A stretch of 62,632 nucleotides of DNA, the filler included, from Choristocarpus tenellus KU-1152 (lineage: Eukaryota > Protista > Phaeophyceae), in NCBI GenBank assembly GCA_964200185.2. It is 10 parts of 10 records of this genome, joined end to end, with 100 filler letters (N's around TTAATTAATTAA, not from the genome) between each part and the next. Parts side by side here need not be neighbours in the genome. Positions count along the whole stretch, not along the records: positions 50,374 to 53,694 come from CAXNAD020020814.1; positions 53,795 to 57,226 come from CAXNAD020020068.1; positions 57,327 to 62,632 come from CAXNAD020011209.1; 7 more parts are not named here. One strand, given 5' to 3'. The notes under the pieces were generated by a model. The model worked only from the letters and a program-made list of their open reading frames with translations. It was not told the DNA's origin and did not search any database. Positions 50,374-62,632 of the stretch are shown one piece after another. Made by a program: the position numbers and the translations under genes. How positions within the stretch are numbered: the stretch's first letter is position 1; the number at the start of each line of letters is the position of its first letter.

Positions 50374-52450
50374 GCTGTGATCCCCACAAAGATCAAGACC
50401 ACTCAGGAATCCCAGCGCCTCATGACTCATATCTTCCACTGCCACACCTCCATTCAGCTCCACCTGAGGGACCTGTGTAACAAAACACCCCCAGTGCTTG
50501 TCAGAGGCATCTGGAGACATCAGTGCAGCACACTCACTCCTGGAGTTTGAGAGCTCCACTGCCCATGGGACAATGTTCACCACGCCGAAATATGTCAGCC
50601 GATAGCCCCATCCTTTAGGCTTGGGCAAAGTCAAAGATGAACTGCTCCATACATCCTGTGGCGTCCACCTCGACATCCCCAGTACAACCACCTGGCCCAC
50701 AAATCCTGCCATCCAACTCTGTCACTCCGGATGGTATCCCCTGGGTATGGCCTTCACAGGAGTAGCTTGCCCCTTCCTTCAGCACCACATGCATGGGCCC
50801 CACCTTGGCAGTAGAAGTAATATCTTGTTCCAGGCCTGCAATGTGCAGTTCTGTCTTGCTTTGGGCCGCCTCCTCGAAGGATTGCTTCATGTCAAAGCCT
50901 AAAACGTCCCATAAATGTCTTGCTGCCTGCCCACAGTTAACACATCATCATTGCCTGGTATAACTGCCGCGCCAAGATTTCTCACCACCACGGGCCCTTA
51001 GCCCAAATAAAGTGCCACATTTAAGGGACATATCACATTCCTCCTGGTCTCAGACAAACCATTTGCTATCTTCACCGGGAAGGGCTGGTGGAGGGGCTTC
51101 GTCAGCGCTGCTCCACCAAAATACTGCTGCATTCTCTTCAACAGCCTCTCAGATATGCCTGTGAGCCCTCATCCTGGGTCCATCAGGGCCTTCATACTGA
51201 AAGACAACTTCCCGTGCATGTTGACCCACACCAGTGTTACATCTGCTGCTGTACCATGGTACCTCAACCTTTCCACATCCAACCCTTCCGTAGCCAGGGA
51301 CGCATCCTCATGAGTGCCCTGGATTTTTCTCAGTCCATGGTCTGCATAAGGATTAATGTTGGGATCCGACCTTGGTGGCAGCAGAGTCATCCCATTATCC
51401 ACATCATCAGGAACCATCTCATTGACCCTCATTGCCCTCACACTAGTACTCCCACCACCAGTGCCTTGCCAGAACTCAGTAACAGGCTGGGGAGCTAGCC
51501 CCTGCTGGCTGGCTCCTTGCGCCTTGGGCTGCACCTAGACGACTTGTTCCTCCCCCTACACTCGAGGGCTGCTGTCTAGTGCCCCCAGGTTGTCGTTGCC
51601 CTGGCCCAGATCGCCTCCCAGGGTCTGTACCTCTACCACATTGTCGTGGCTGTCCCTGCCCATGCTGCCCATGCTACTGCTCTTTCCGGACTCCAACCAG
51701 CAAGGTTCGGCATCGAGCATATTTTTGCCCAACTTCCCCACATGCATCACAAGTCCCTTGGAACTTGTCCTTCCTCACACTCAATCCTGTACTGAGTGTA
51801 CCTTCCCTTGGCTTGCCTATCTTCTCCCCAAACTTGGGCTTCCCACCTTGTCGTCGGCCACCAAGTTCGCCTTGCTCGGTTCGTTTCGTTTGCTATGCCT
51901 TGACCCTCTCATAAGTCCTCCAATATTCGACTTGCTACTTTACCAGCTCAAAGATCTGGTCTCCATCCTTTTTCAGTTCAGGGTCCCATGTTACATACTT
52001 GAAAATTTCGACCTTGAACGCAGGGGGTTTGAGCCCTGCAATAAAGACCTCTCAGAGTATCTTCCCCGGCCCTGCCCTCCAAGTTTCCCCTGCCTGTCCA
52101 GCATTCCTTCGGAAAGCGCCATCCACATTATTACCTTCAAGATAGCCCTCCATGTCCTGGATCACTCCCATCACCTAATCAGTGGCGATCCCTTCATTTC
52201 CCATCCGGGCCACCCTTTTCAAATCCCTTTACATTTGCCCAATGTCGAAGGTTCGGTCTTCGCCATCGACTTTCGCCACCCTCTTGAGCGCTTTTAGGGG
52301 TTGCTCCTCCGTTGCTACAGCCCAATTGCTTTTGTGTTCGCCCGTCATCAGTACTCGTCTCTGAGCAACGGTTAGGGACTCGGACAGCGTCAGAAGTGCA
52401 ACTTGGACACCTACCTTTGAGTGATTCACCCTAACACTCATCTCGTATTC
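50374..52450 (-). mobile_element. Decayed Ty3/Gypsy-like gag-pro-RT (second family)
   Basis: Minus-strand fragments: AKVGPMHVVLKEG (pre-RT), LPKPKGWGYRLT (cf. KP..GYRLTVD), HWGCFVTQVPQVELN (cf. G.F.PTRVPQG..N), plus an upstream purine-rich gag-like region. Multiple stops. Confidence 0.6.
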
Positions 52451-53694
52451 CGTCCAGCTGTCAGAAACGCCCTCACCTCCTCCTTCTCTGCCAGTCTCTC
52501 AACCCGTGGAGGTTGAACATGCTGCGCAATCTGCAGCTTGGACCAATCGGTCTAACGCAAGCCCCCCCAGGCTGCGCCAGGTCAACCTCCGTCGTTCCTC
52601 GACATATTGGACCCCTTCAATCTAGTCGCTCTACTGGCTTCCGCCCGGTTGTGTGCACTCCAAGCTCCAGCAAGCTCCCACCATCACCATGTCTTGGGCT
52701 TCCCCAACCAATTCCAGCGCTCGATCCTATGGTCAGGTCTCGAGAATCCAATTGAAGTATAGACAATTCAACCACAGGAACTCATCTATGATGAATTGTA
52801 AGGATTCCAACCCACCTTGGGGTTACTGGTCTGTTGTTTATTCAAGGAGTGACCACAGGTCCTGTCAAGGAGCACATACACATTTGTCAAGAACTATAAA
52901 TATAGTTCAAAGATCAAATAATGCAAACGCCTCAGTTGTGTTCAGAAAGCCCTCCGTCCTGTCTCACAAGCTGCAAAACGACCTTCGGAAGTTTGAGATC
53001 GCCGTCATTGAGGGATGATGTACATGGATGGGCAATAAACCAGCACAAGCAATGAGTAAGAAGCACAAGTGGTGTGCATGTGGGCATAAGGTTGGTTGAC
53101 GGCACCGAAAAAGAGTTTTATGGACAAGTGGCATTCCAGGGAACCTGTGATAGCTCAAGGTGTATATCAAGCAAAAGCAGCACCTAAGACAAACAGCTCC
53201 AGCAATTGAGGGCACATGCACACTCACCCCTGATTAATGCTGCCTGTCAAAATGATATATTTGTACATGTCGAAGGTTAAGATGTACTGCATCTAGTAGG
53301 TGCATATTGTGAAGCAGATGGAAACAAGCCGACAGGTTCTTCAGACTGAAGGGGAGCGGGAAGACCCACAGGAGGCAACAAAATGAAGAGAGACAGGGTA
53401 AGAGGGAGAGCAATCCCTCAGAAGACCACTCAGGAAAGAGTTTTGCAAGGTGGAAATGAATGGGGAGGGTTTTGCAAGGTCCCCTCAAACCACTCAATAT
53501 TTACTTCAAGCAGATGTTACCTTCACTATGCAAAAACAAATGTCATATGAATATCAGATTCTTCAATATAGGTTCCCTTCAAGATATACCTTCTTTGGTA
53601 GATGACTCTCACGTTACCCCCCCCCCCCCTATGGGTTTTGATACATGGATATCAAAACAACACATATGTCAATTGGAACGGAGGAAGTCGGTGT

Positions 53695-53794
53695 NNNNNN
53701 NNNNNNNNNNNNNNNNNNNNNNNNNNNNNNNNNNNNNNTTAATTAATTAANNNNNNNNNNNNNNNNNNNNNNNNNNNNNNNNNNNNNNNNNNNN
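53695..53794. other. Artificial contig-joining linker
   Basis: N44-TTAATTAATTAA-N44. Confidence 0.97.
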
Positions 53795-53902
53795 CCCTCC
53801 TTTCCAGAACCCCCCCTCCCCTCCATCCCCCCAATTGATGCTGGCAACAAACTCTACCAGCACCTCTCATCCCTCCAAAGCCTTGACCTGTTCACAACTC
53901 AC

Positions 53903-54997
53903 CCTTAGCAGTCTCCTGGGCTTCATAGGCTGCTTTCTGTTTCTTGAGTTCTTGAGTCCGAGCTAGAAGGTAGCCTACAATGCACTCCCTGCAATAGATG
54001 TGACCAGAGGGAGTCGCCATGGGATCCACCGAGGGGTGAACGCACAGCGAGCAGTGGCCGAATGGCTGCTGGGAATCAGAGCCTAGCCGCAACTGGACGT
54101 GGCAGTGGGGGAGGGGTGAGCAAAGACACGTACAAGTTCAGCTATATTTTAAAAGTTGAAGTGGTGAACTTTATCTTTAATTACAATTTGGGTATTTCGA
54201 TGTGTTCAGGGTTCAGCCATCGATCAAACAACATTGTGGCTTTAGTGGGCGAATGAGGATACAGTCATCGAAAATTGTTCCAGCATTGTGTGAATCAATC
54301 ATAAGTTTCACAGGGAAACACGCTCTAGAGCACAATTTGGTTGGATACCCAACTACAACAACGCACTTCCTGTTGTGCCGACACAAGGTGTGGTTGGGGA
54401 CTTATGCATTGATTCTTCAACGAGTACGAAACCAACGCAGCTGGCACATGCATTTTTTACTCCAACTGTAGGTCAAATCTCTTCGGCGATGAAAAGTTGG
54501 TCAACCAAGATGAGCTCAAGTTGGTTCCAAGACTTATCAGGTAGCAGGTAGTATAGTTCCACCACGATCTTCATCCAAATGACAGGTACATACAACGCAT
54601 AACCGAGAGGGTGTTCCGAAACTAGTACTTTCTAATCCGTTTCCTCGCTACATGGAAGTACATCCACTGCTATTGACAGGGCACCTTATCATCTAACCAC
54701 TTCCCTACCTAAGAAACAAATACCTTCAATTCTATATCAATATGCACCCTTGCTCTCTCATCTATCCCTCGTTCCATTAAGGATTTATACACACGCATTC
54801 ACCTTGGCACTCTCTAAGCGCCAGGGCTTCCCTCACCCTATCACCAGTAAGTGCCACCCTCCAACCCCTCTTCCACCAAGAATACATCCCCTATTTACCT
54901 TCTGGGTACCATAGTGCCCATCACCACATGCCTCTCCCTTTTCCCAGTAGGAGAATACTGACGAGGCGGTGTTGTTCTTGCTGTGTTTCTGTGGCAT
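53903..54997 (-). CDS. NOSIP: Nitric oxide synthase-interacting protein (NOSIP/CSU1) homolog, first two exons
   Basis: Exon 54997-54899 reads MPQKHSKNNTASSVFSYWEK...YGTQK. Exon 54092-53903 reads LRLGSDSQQPFGHCSLCVHPSVDPMATPSGHIYCRECIVGYLL, matching the NOSIP N-terminal zinc-finger/U-box pattern. Confidence 0.92.
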
Positions 54998-55359
54998 GGT
55001 GTTCCTATACACCTGCAAATATACCCTATACACGCTTGTTACTAAGTCAAATTATAATTTGAGGGGAGTCTTCTCATGGACGCAACCCTAATCCTAACTA
55101 GTACCAAACTACCAAAAAACGCCATCTACTTCCATTGTTTTGCAACTTCTAGTGGAAAAAACGGTGAGTGCTTCTTGCTCTAGCCAGACATTGGTCCAAT
55201 CAACTACAGAGTAGCTGCCGTACTCCTGCACTACGGAGCCGGAAGCTATTGCTTACTCATTGCAAGTGCTGGACCGTGCTGTTCAAGAAAAAGCTTGGAC
55301 CTGGTTAGGGGGGTAGCAGCTCGTTAGTTTGGGACCACTTTTTGTAATTGAGCAACACA

Positions 55360-57049
55360 ATGCAGGCTGCCACAGCGCTCGGAAGGTGTACCGGACTGCG
55401 TGCCTTCAGGCAATTGAATGTAGCAAGGGGATACTTGAAGGCGAATCGGTTGGCTTCAACTCGGACTGTGAACCCTGCAACGAGGTTACTCCAGGCCCGA
55501 GTTAGCCTGTCAACAGGAAACGGGTAAGACGGCGGGTTAGGGTGTCGTAGAGAAGTAAGGTTTGACCTTTAACACATGGACAACAGCTAAGAAAACCAAT
55601 AAACTTCACATCTGTTTAGCCAGGAAGACTACCGACACTGTGTATCTCTTCGTTGTACGATCATCTCTATGAATTTGCAGCACATGCAAAGGTAGTACAA
55701 TTTAGCCCTAAATGACATTTTTAGTACGCTCTTTGCATGCAGTATTACCTAGTTGGTACAGGTGCAAGGTAAGCCCGTCATATTGCCCTAAGTTTCAACG
55801 TGGAGCGATACCTTCATGATACAAAAAAGATCTTGGGGTGATTGACTGTCTAAGGTGGAGAGCTGTTGTTTGTTATTACATAGCACTAACTGTGGCTACG
55901 GTACATGCAATATACTTATGGACAATGACAAAATGTGGGTCGTGCATGTTCAAACTGTACTTGACCAGAGCACATTATGGTGCCTCTGAATGTGCGAACT
56001 CCTTAGGCATCCATGCATTTGAAACCTTGTTCTTGGCATCGAGGTGCATTTGCAAGCTTCTATCTTGCCACTACGAAGACGAAAATATACACGTCCCATC
56101 CACCACCGTTTCCTCAATCTCCCACAGAACCTTACTGCACATATTATCAGGATTCTGACTTCCTATGCATCCCCATATTTTTTCTTGATTCTCTAGTCAA
56201 TTCCATCCCCATGCAATCCCTTCCTTACGCCGTTGCAGGCCGTTACCAACGATAGGAGCACCGCACCTGCAAGGGCAGACTGGATCAGTTACTGCGGTGA
56301 GCTAGTCACATGTAAAGTGGATTAAGCTTGAAATGTTCGAGCAGGACTCACGCCAGGCTGTTTTGCGTAAGGGTCACGTCCCGTTTGTATCCGCTGACAT
56401 CTCTCTAAGGACTCTATACGTTGTCTAAGACCTTGAGATGCTTCCTACTTGCCCATGTGTTGATTGTGCTTCTCGGTGCATGATGTATTTCCCTTCTTTG
56501 TATAGCTTTGGTGGTACTACTATGTTCACTGACCTTAAGTGAAAGCAATACTTAGTGCACACTATTTTCGTTCCTACTTCACACTGCAGTACCCTAATCC
56601 TGACCTCATTGAAATACCCAGTATTGCTAAAGACCTACAGGTTCAGCAATTGATGCTTTGGTTTCGAATCCTAACTCTTCAGTTTCAGTCACATTTGATG
56701 ATTCGTGCATTGCTCACTCTTGGTGGGATTATGATGAGATCCAATGCATGTGGATTCCCTAAACCCCCAGAACACGAAACCTGATGTATATTTCCGCGAA
56801 CAGTGATGACACCAAATGTACTCTAATATTTACTATTCTACCATCCCCATGCCCTCCCACATCATCACCTTTTGCATGCCCATACCCAAGCGCCCCCTGT
56901 CTCCACTTCAGCACTCTTTCCCCCTGTCCTGTATACCCCACCTCCCCAAACTGCTACCACATCTCATATAAAGATTCTGAATGGTGAAAATTTGAGGATT
57001 AGCACTGGGTCGACAATGAAAAGATTTGTCTGGGGAAACCTTGCCGTGG
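55360..57049 (+). CDS. Unknown, probably mitochondrion-targeted protein; first three exons (first two absent from the ORF track)
   Basis: Exons 55360-55523 (GG|gtaaga), 56239-56296 (GCG|gtgagc), 56974-57049 join in phase. They read MQAATALGRCTGLRAFRQLNVARGYLKANRLASTRTVNPATRLLQARVSLSTGNG-PLPTIGAPHLQGQTGSVTA-ILNGENLRISTGSTMKRFVWGNLAV. The N-terminus is Arg-rich with no acidic residues. Confidence 0.6.
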
Positions 57050-57226
57050 GTCAGCATGTGGCCCGATCCTTCAACTTTTATGAGGCCCTGACCCCCTGAA
57101 GGCTCTGACCCACCCCCTTTAAATATCACCTTGCCTAGGGGGGCCCACATCCTAGTCTGGGTGGACTTTTTATGCACCTGTCCTTTCAACATATATCTTG
57201 CCCAAGTCAACTTGCAGCCTGACCCC

Positions 57227-57326
57227 NNNNNNNNNNNNNNNNNNNNNNNNNNNNNNNNNNNNNNNNNNNNTTAATTAATTAANNNNNNNNNNNNNNNNNN
57301 NNNNNNNNNNNNNNNNNNNNNNNNNN
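57227..57326. other. Artificial contig-joining linker
   Basis: N44-TTAATTAATTAA-N44. Confidence 0.97.
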
Positions 57327-59374
57327 CCATCCTCATAGTCCCGCTACCAGGCAATAGTTTTTTGAACTAGTAGCAAGAGTGTGAAGTGCACGAAGCTAAT
57401 GCGATAATAATTTTTCCAAGAGGCAGATCCTTCCGAGGTAAGAGACCCATGACTACTTACTATGTGTTGGATGATGATTACAGGAGTCAAGTATTCACAC
57501 ATAATCGCAGCAGCAAGCACCACATTCATTGATAATAGTAATGTGCCCCTCTCCTGCACCTGTTGACCTTTGAAGTACTGCATCGAGTTGCTGACAGGTA
57601 GGTATCCATGCACCATACGTTTTCAAGCAGTAACCAAATGCTACAGTGCTTGCTTCATGCTTGGAAATGTTGCGTTTTTTTGTTGCTGCAAGAAAGGTAG
57701 GAGAATCCTGTTCTGTTATTAGTCAGTCATTAATCTGAATAGCTATTCATGGAGAATGTTTCATTTAGTGCCCAGATTGAACTATTGAAGAGTCCACACG
57801 GGAAAATTCATTCTTCAAATTTGAATTTGTTGTGGATCAATTTCTTCCAAGTGGAGGAGAGGTTTTCAAGAATTGGAATAGGTCTTTTCGTCCTGGAACG
57901 TCACGGTTTTGGAAGGATGATAATTGTGACAGAATTTCATAGTATTGAATTTTTTCGGAATAGGAACACAATATTTTGTTGACCATTATTTGTCATCTCT
58001 ACAAGAAGAGTCATCACACACCTCATGTATAAATACACCATACTCCTCTGATGCCCATGATATATACTCAGAAGCACCATCCTTCCACCACCATGAGTGT
58101 GGCCGCCAGATTCTGCAATTAATGGTAATCCAGAGTACATGTATTCCGAGTACATATTTACGTCAATGACTTCACTGTCCTCTGCACTCAGACTAAAACA
58201 AATCCTTACTGCAGTGCCCACCCAATTAACCAACAAGCTTATCGATCCTCCCTGATGGGTTATTTTGCAACAGGCAGGCAGCATCGTATCTCGGACTTGG
58301 ACATGCTGTTACGACCTGAGCCAGATTTCCTGAATGAACGACATGCACTTATCAAGATCCTTTGAGGGGTGGTGGTGAGTCAACTCTGTGTCTTGTGGAA
58401 AACCTACCCTACTACTTTTTTTTTCTAGGGCTATGTGTGCCTGATTTTCTGTTCTGATTCTCGATTTGACGTCAGGGAAAAAGTTTCTTACACGGATAGT
58501 TCGCAGTATAATAAATCGTTGCCGTATCTCACAAGTCGATCAAAAGTCCTTTTTCACCATAGAGCACTCTATACAACCTATCTATGCGAGTTAAATCTAT
58601 TCATTTAGCTGGAAACATCTTTCTACTGTAGTCAATCGGGAGATGGGATACGTAGCACATATGCAACTCACAGTACTTGGAGACAAGAGCCTTTGATGAC
58701 CCTATTTCCAAGGTCTCAGATCACATTCGAAACACTTTGAAGTGTACACATTGTGGAGAACGATACTTCATCATCTCGGGTTTGGCTCACTCCAAACTAA
58801 AACACAAGCTCGTCTATGAGATGCCTCTTATTTGATAATCACAAAACATGTGTGAGGGGCTCCTCACATAATTAAACTACAAGCCTTTGGATGTGTAAGA
58901 ACTGACGCATGTAAACATTACCTATATTGTCAATAAACAGCCAAATACCCCTCACGCACCAACACCAAGGGAGGACAAAAAGGAGCAATAAATAATGCGA
59001 TACACTAGCGTACCTACTCGCAAAAGGTAGCTTTTAGGTGCCATTAAACAGACTCATCACATCTTCAAACTAAAACATCCTCCCGGAGTTAGAAGGTCAT
59101 GTATGCAAAACTGGTCACTTCCTTCACCGTGTACACTTGTAGCTGCTACTACCACAAAACCAACACAACACACACATACACTCTCTCTACGAAGGCATCT
59201 AATACCTACACAAACAAAGCAAGACCAACGTCAAGTGAGCCTGTCCTTCTGCACCTGCCCTGGTCGGTCCACTTGTATCATTTCCTCCTCTCCCTTATCT
59301 CCTCCCCCTGGAAGATCCGGATCTAAGAATGTGCCTCCCAGAGATCGTACCGACTTCGTCAATTTCCGTGCCAC

Positions 59375-59411
<37 letters not shown>

Positions 59412-61235
59412 AAAAGTGGAATTTTACCTACGGCAGAGTGTTTCCATCTTCCCGAAGTTCCAATGAAGTCCTGCGTTGCACTCCATGTCTTTACACATTA
59501 TCTTTCCAGTTGTGGTACTGGCGCCTGAGACTGCACTTGGGGAGGCAGGTTCATGTTCAGTTCTCTTCGCTGCCCAAAAGGTTCCAAGAGCTCAGGCACA
59601 TAGGTCTTCTGTGTAGCTTCCCCCGCAGTTCCCCATGGCGATGGCATTGGTGTAAATTGCGGTTCTTCTAAACTGGGACAAGCAGCAGTTACACGGTCCT
59701 CTTGTTCCCTCTCCCGTTGTGCAACACAGTAGAACCGGGTCAAGCTAAGTTGCAGGCGCAGACCTTGGCTGCTCGTAAGGTTTGAGGATAGGAGTTGGAA
59801 CGGTGATGTTGTGTTAGTACGTGTGGGTAGGGTGAGGGGACTTATCTGAACAGATGCATCACTAGTTCGGGTTTGCACCCTCACATCTGAGCAGTTTCCA
59901 GGCCGGAGCACAGATTAGACTCAAATATGACACAACACACACACACACGCACCTAACTCACTTATATCACAGGACTTACGGGCTTTCGATTCACACGCCT
60001 TCTATCCCCACCTATAGTGGTCAGGGGTCACTCCTACATATGTGAATCACGATAAATTCACAGCAATTATCAGAGGTCAACGATCCCGATATGCTTGAGT
60101 GTCTGGGCATCATCATCTGTCCTCATTCTTGATCGTTGAAACCCAACGCATCATCCCATCTAGATGAACAACTCAGATATAAACACACTTATTGCACACC
60201 TTGGACAACATAACACTCACATAACACAGCTTCATGTTTTGGTTTCGAACACTATCATGTTTTAGTGCAGACAAACAGGCGATATGCATTGAATTGGCTC
60301 AGGCGTTTGCAGAACATTGAACGATACTCGGGAAATGGTCCTGAGACTTGTCCTGGACTACAGACAAACAAACGGCACATAGCAAAGTGAGCTGGCTCAT
60401 CAAGCGCGCCTGCCCTAAAACAGATTTGTTTAATTTTTTTTTTCTCCTGACATTGTTTATTTTCTCTTCAGTATCACCTTTTCAATCAGGAGAAAAATAA
60501 AAAAATGAATGTACCAAACAAAGCGCAAAAAACCCCAATAAAATCGGAAGCAGGGCCGCCTCTGCCTCACACAAAGAACAATAACCGCTTCGCCAATTAG
60601 AATCAGTACGTAGAATTGTTCTGTACAACCAAAGCTCCGTACAAAAACGGACTGGAGCATCCACAGAGCACAACAAGACGCTACAGAGCACAGCCGGCTG
60701 ACTATTGCGCTGATGAGGGGCATAATAGACCAACTATAACCCTAACCCTGAACATTTTCTGGACAAGGGGGATCACGGAGCAAAGCCGGATTCAACCCTT
60801 GGAACGAACAAGGTCTGCTGAAGTCTCAATATGGTCACACACTGTGAGAGAGGTGTTCGTTGTTGGTGCCTGATGGTTGGTTACATCGTCTGAGGTGTGA
60901 CATATTGAGGGTTAGGGTAAATTTCCTCTGAGAACGATACGGCGCAACTTAACAAAAAAAAAGAAAAGTTGGTTACATAGCTCAGCAGGCGGCTGACTAA
61001 TCCGGAAAATTCTTGATTCCGTCAAGTAAGTAAGGGCTATGGTGTCGAAGATGCGGAGTGACGTTACGTATTTACCTCTTAACGGTATAATGAATTCCAC
61101 ATATATATCATCGCCAGTTTTTATTCTTAGTCATACTGTAACACCAACTAAACTGGATTGCATAAAAAAAACTGAAAACAACTTTCACCGGCAATTCAGA
61201 ATTCTTGACAATCACCGGACACACAAGAAGTTCAA

Positions 61236-61279
<44 letters not shown>

Positions 61280-62580
61280 TATGTAGGGTGCACATCTTCA
61301 CAGCATTAAAATAGCGGTGTCATAACAATACACTCCCCATGTTAAGATATCCAAGTCGTGGCAGTTTGACAAGGACTGCATTATGACAAATAATGCAACC
61401 GTTAGCCTGGGTTAGACCAAATGTGCCAGGACTGCACTCACCCAATCCACACCTAGGACACAACTGATACGAAGGCATACTTGGGGTTGCATCTATGGGT
61501 CAGACAGACATCTCAACGGTCAATATAGAAACTATTGACGGTAGCCAACAAGAGTTGGGGGGCTCCTTCTGTACACATTGGACAAACAAACAGGCGAGGG
61601 CAGGAAAATTGCCAACAGGGTTGGATACAGCATATTGTCCAAGGATCGCAAGAGCCGTCGCTTCTAGATCCCTTAGCAATTTCCAAGTCCCAGGCCTTTC
61701 CCAGTGAAGCACTCGACTTTACTACATTGCCGACAGGTGGTTTACAGTGCGATCAAGAGACTTAAAACGTCTATCCCAAAACACCTCGAACAAATATATA
61801 TATATATATATTCACCTTCTCAGGCGTGCGCGGTGCTCTTTTGCCCTTTCACGCATGTCGGCTCCGCACAGGCGACGGATGACAGAGAGACAGTAGGTGT
61901 GTCTTGGCCCAAAGATGTGAGCTGCCACCAGGCACTTGTTTGTAAGCAACCATAGGTCTACTCCTGCAGGGTAGCGATGCAAGAAGATTCATTAAAAAGT
62001 GCAAGGGAGTTCTCTTGATGTGGAAGTGTGGAACTTGGGAGGAGGCAAGGAGGCAAGGAGGGAGGGAGGGAGGATGGTAGGCCGGCAGGCAGGGATCTCT
62101 ACAACTCAACTCAGGATCAAATGACTGTCTACACATGCTACTGAAACACAATTGAACTTTTCTTTTACTAACACTAACACTAACCCTAACCTCAACCCCA
62201 ACCTTTCCCCACCCAACTTCCACCTATTTTTCTGCACACAGCACGGAGACATTATTTGATCTCGTGTTGGAAGGGCCACAGTACTCGATACTTGACAAAA
62301 AGAGACAAAAAAAGACAAGAATACTTCGATACTCCCGTACTGCCTAGGTAGTAGTCACACATCTCACTGCACTGGTAGTACAACAGTGGAAATTATTTTA
62401 GTATTTGACAGAATCAGAGACTGTGGTGCTACCCACCTCGATCAGTGGGCCATCGCCTCACTATTCACACACACACACACAGTGAACATCTCAATCTTTT
62501 CAACTACAACTGAGCCCATTTCCTGGACCCTGCCACTGAACGGTAACACTACCACCTCCCCCCATAGCATAGCTATAGAG

Positions 62581-62632
62581 GGGCCCCAAAGTATCTGGAG
62601 AGGGGGGGGAGGGTGGTGTCTGTCCATTTCGG
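62581..62632. mobile_element. End of another copy of the caaagtatctgg MITE family
   Basis: gggccccaaagtatctggagagggg...gtccatttcgg matches the terminus of copies A and B. Confidence 0.6.

Noticed and set aside
51590-52297. 235-aa plus-strand ORF
   Set aside because: It is the antisense shadow of the purine-rich minus-strand gag-like region and has no recognisable motifs.
57340-60230. Possible LTR-retroelement remains on the minus strand (TG..CA block 60227-59928, 137-aa ORF 59911-59498, ORF 58284-57937)
   Set aside because: There is no TGG primer-binding site and no diagnostic gag/pol motif that I can defend.
61510-61725. Cys-rich minus-strand frame (…CDPWTICCIQPCWQFSCPRLFVCPMC…)
   Set aside because: Two overlapping frames are equally open, no family was recognised and no partner exons were found.

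Overview
This is eukaryotic, intron-rich nuclear DNA, not a prokaryotic window. It is a concatenation of 10 unrelated contigs joined by artificial 100-nt linkers (44 N + TTAATTAATTAA + 44 N), so adjacency across linkers means nothing. A bipartite signal + 'ANA-F' plastid presequence, TTAGGG repeats, Rab28 and the transposon types suggest a photosynthetic stramenopile, probably a brown alga or close relative (inference). I reconstructed genes by hand from splice phases. Contig 1 holds a plastid NAD(P)-binding/CIA30 (HCF173-like) gene with two GC-AG introns, a BMT5/DUF2431 rRNA methyltransferase, Rab28, a signal-peptide beta-strand (OEP24-like?) protein and an 8-exon LOG-family gene with a C-terminal membrane anchor. 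Other contigs hold partial HIR/band-7, RME-8/DNAJC13-like, TPI (last exon), NOSIP and an unknown mitochondrion-targeted gene. There are also decayed LINE, Copia, Gypsy and mariner elements and two MITE-like families. No CRISPR array, rRNA or convincing tRNA was seen. Nothing amounts to a demonstrably new multi-gene system; the best leads are single-gene oddities. All family calls come from motif recognition by eye, with no database search.
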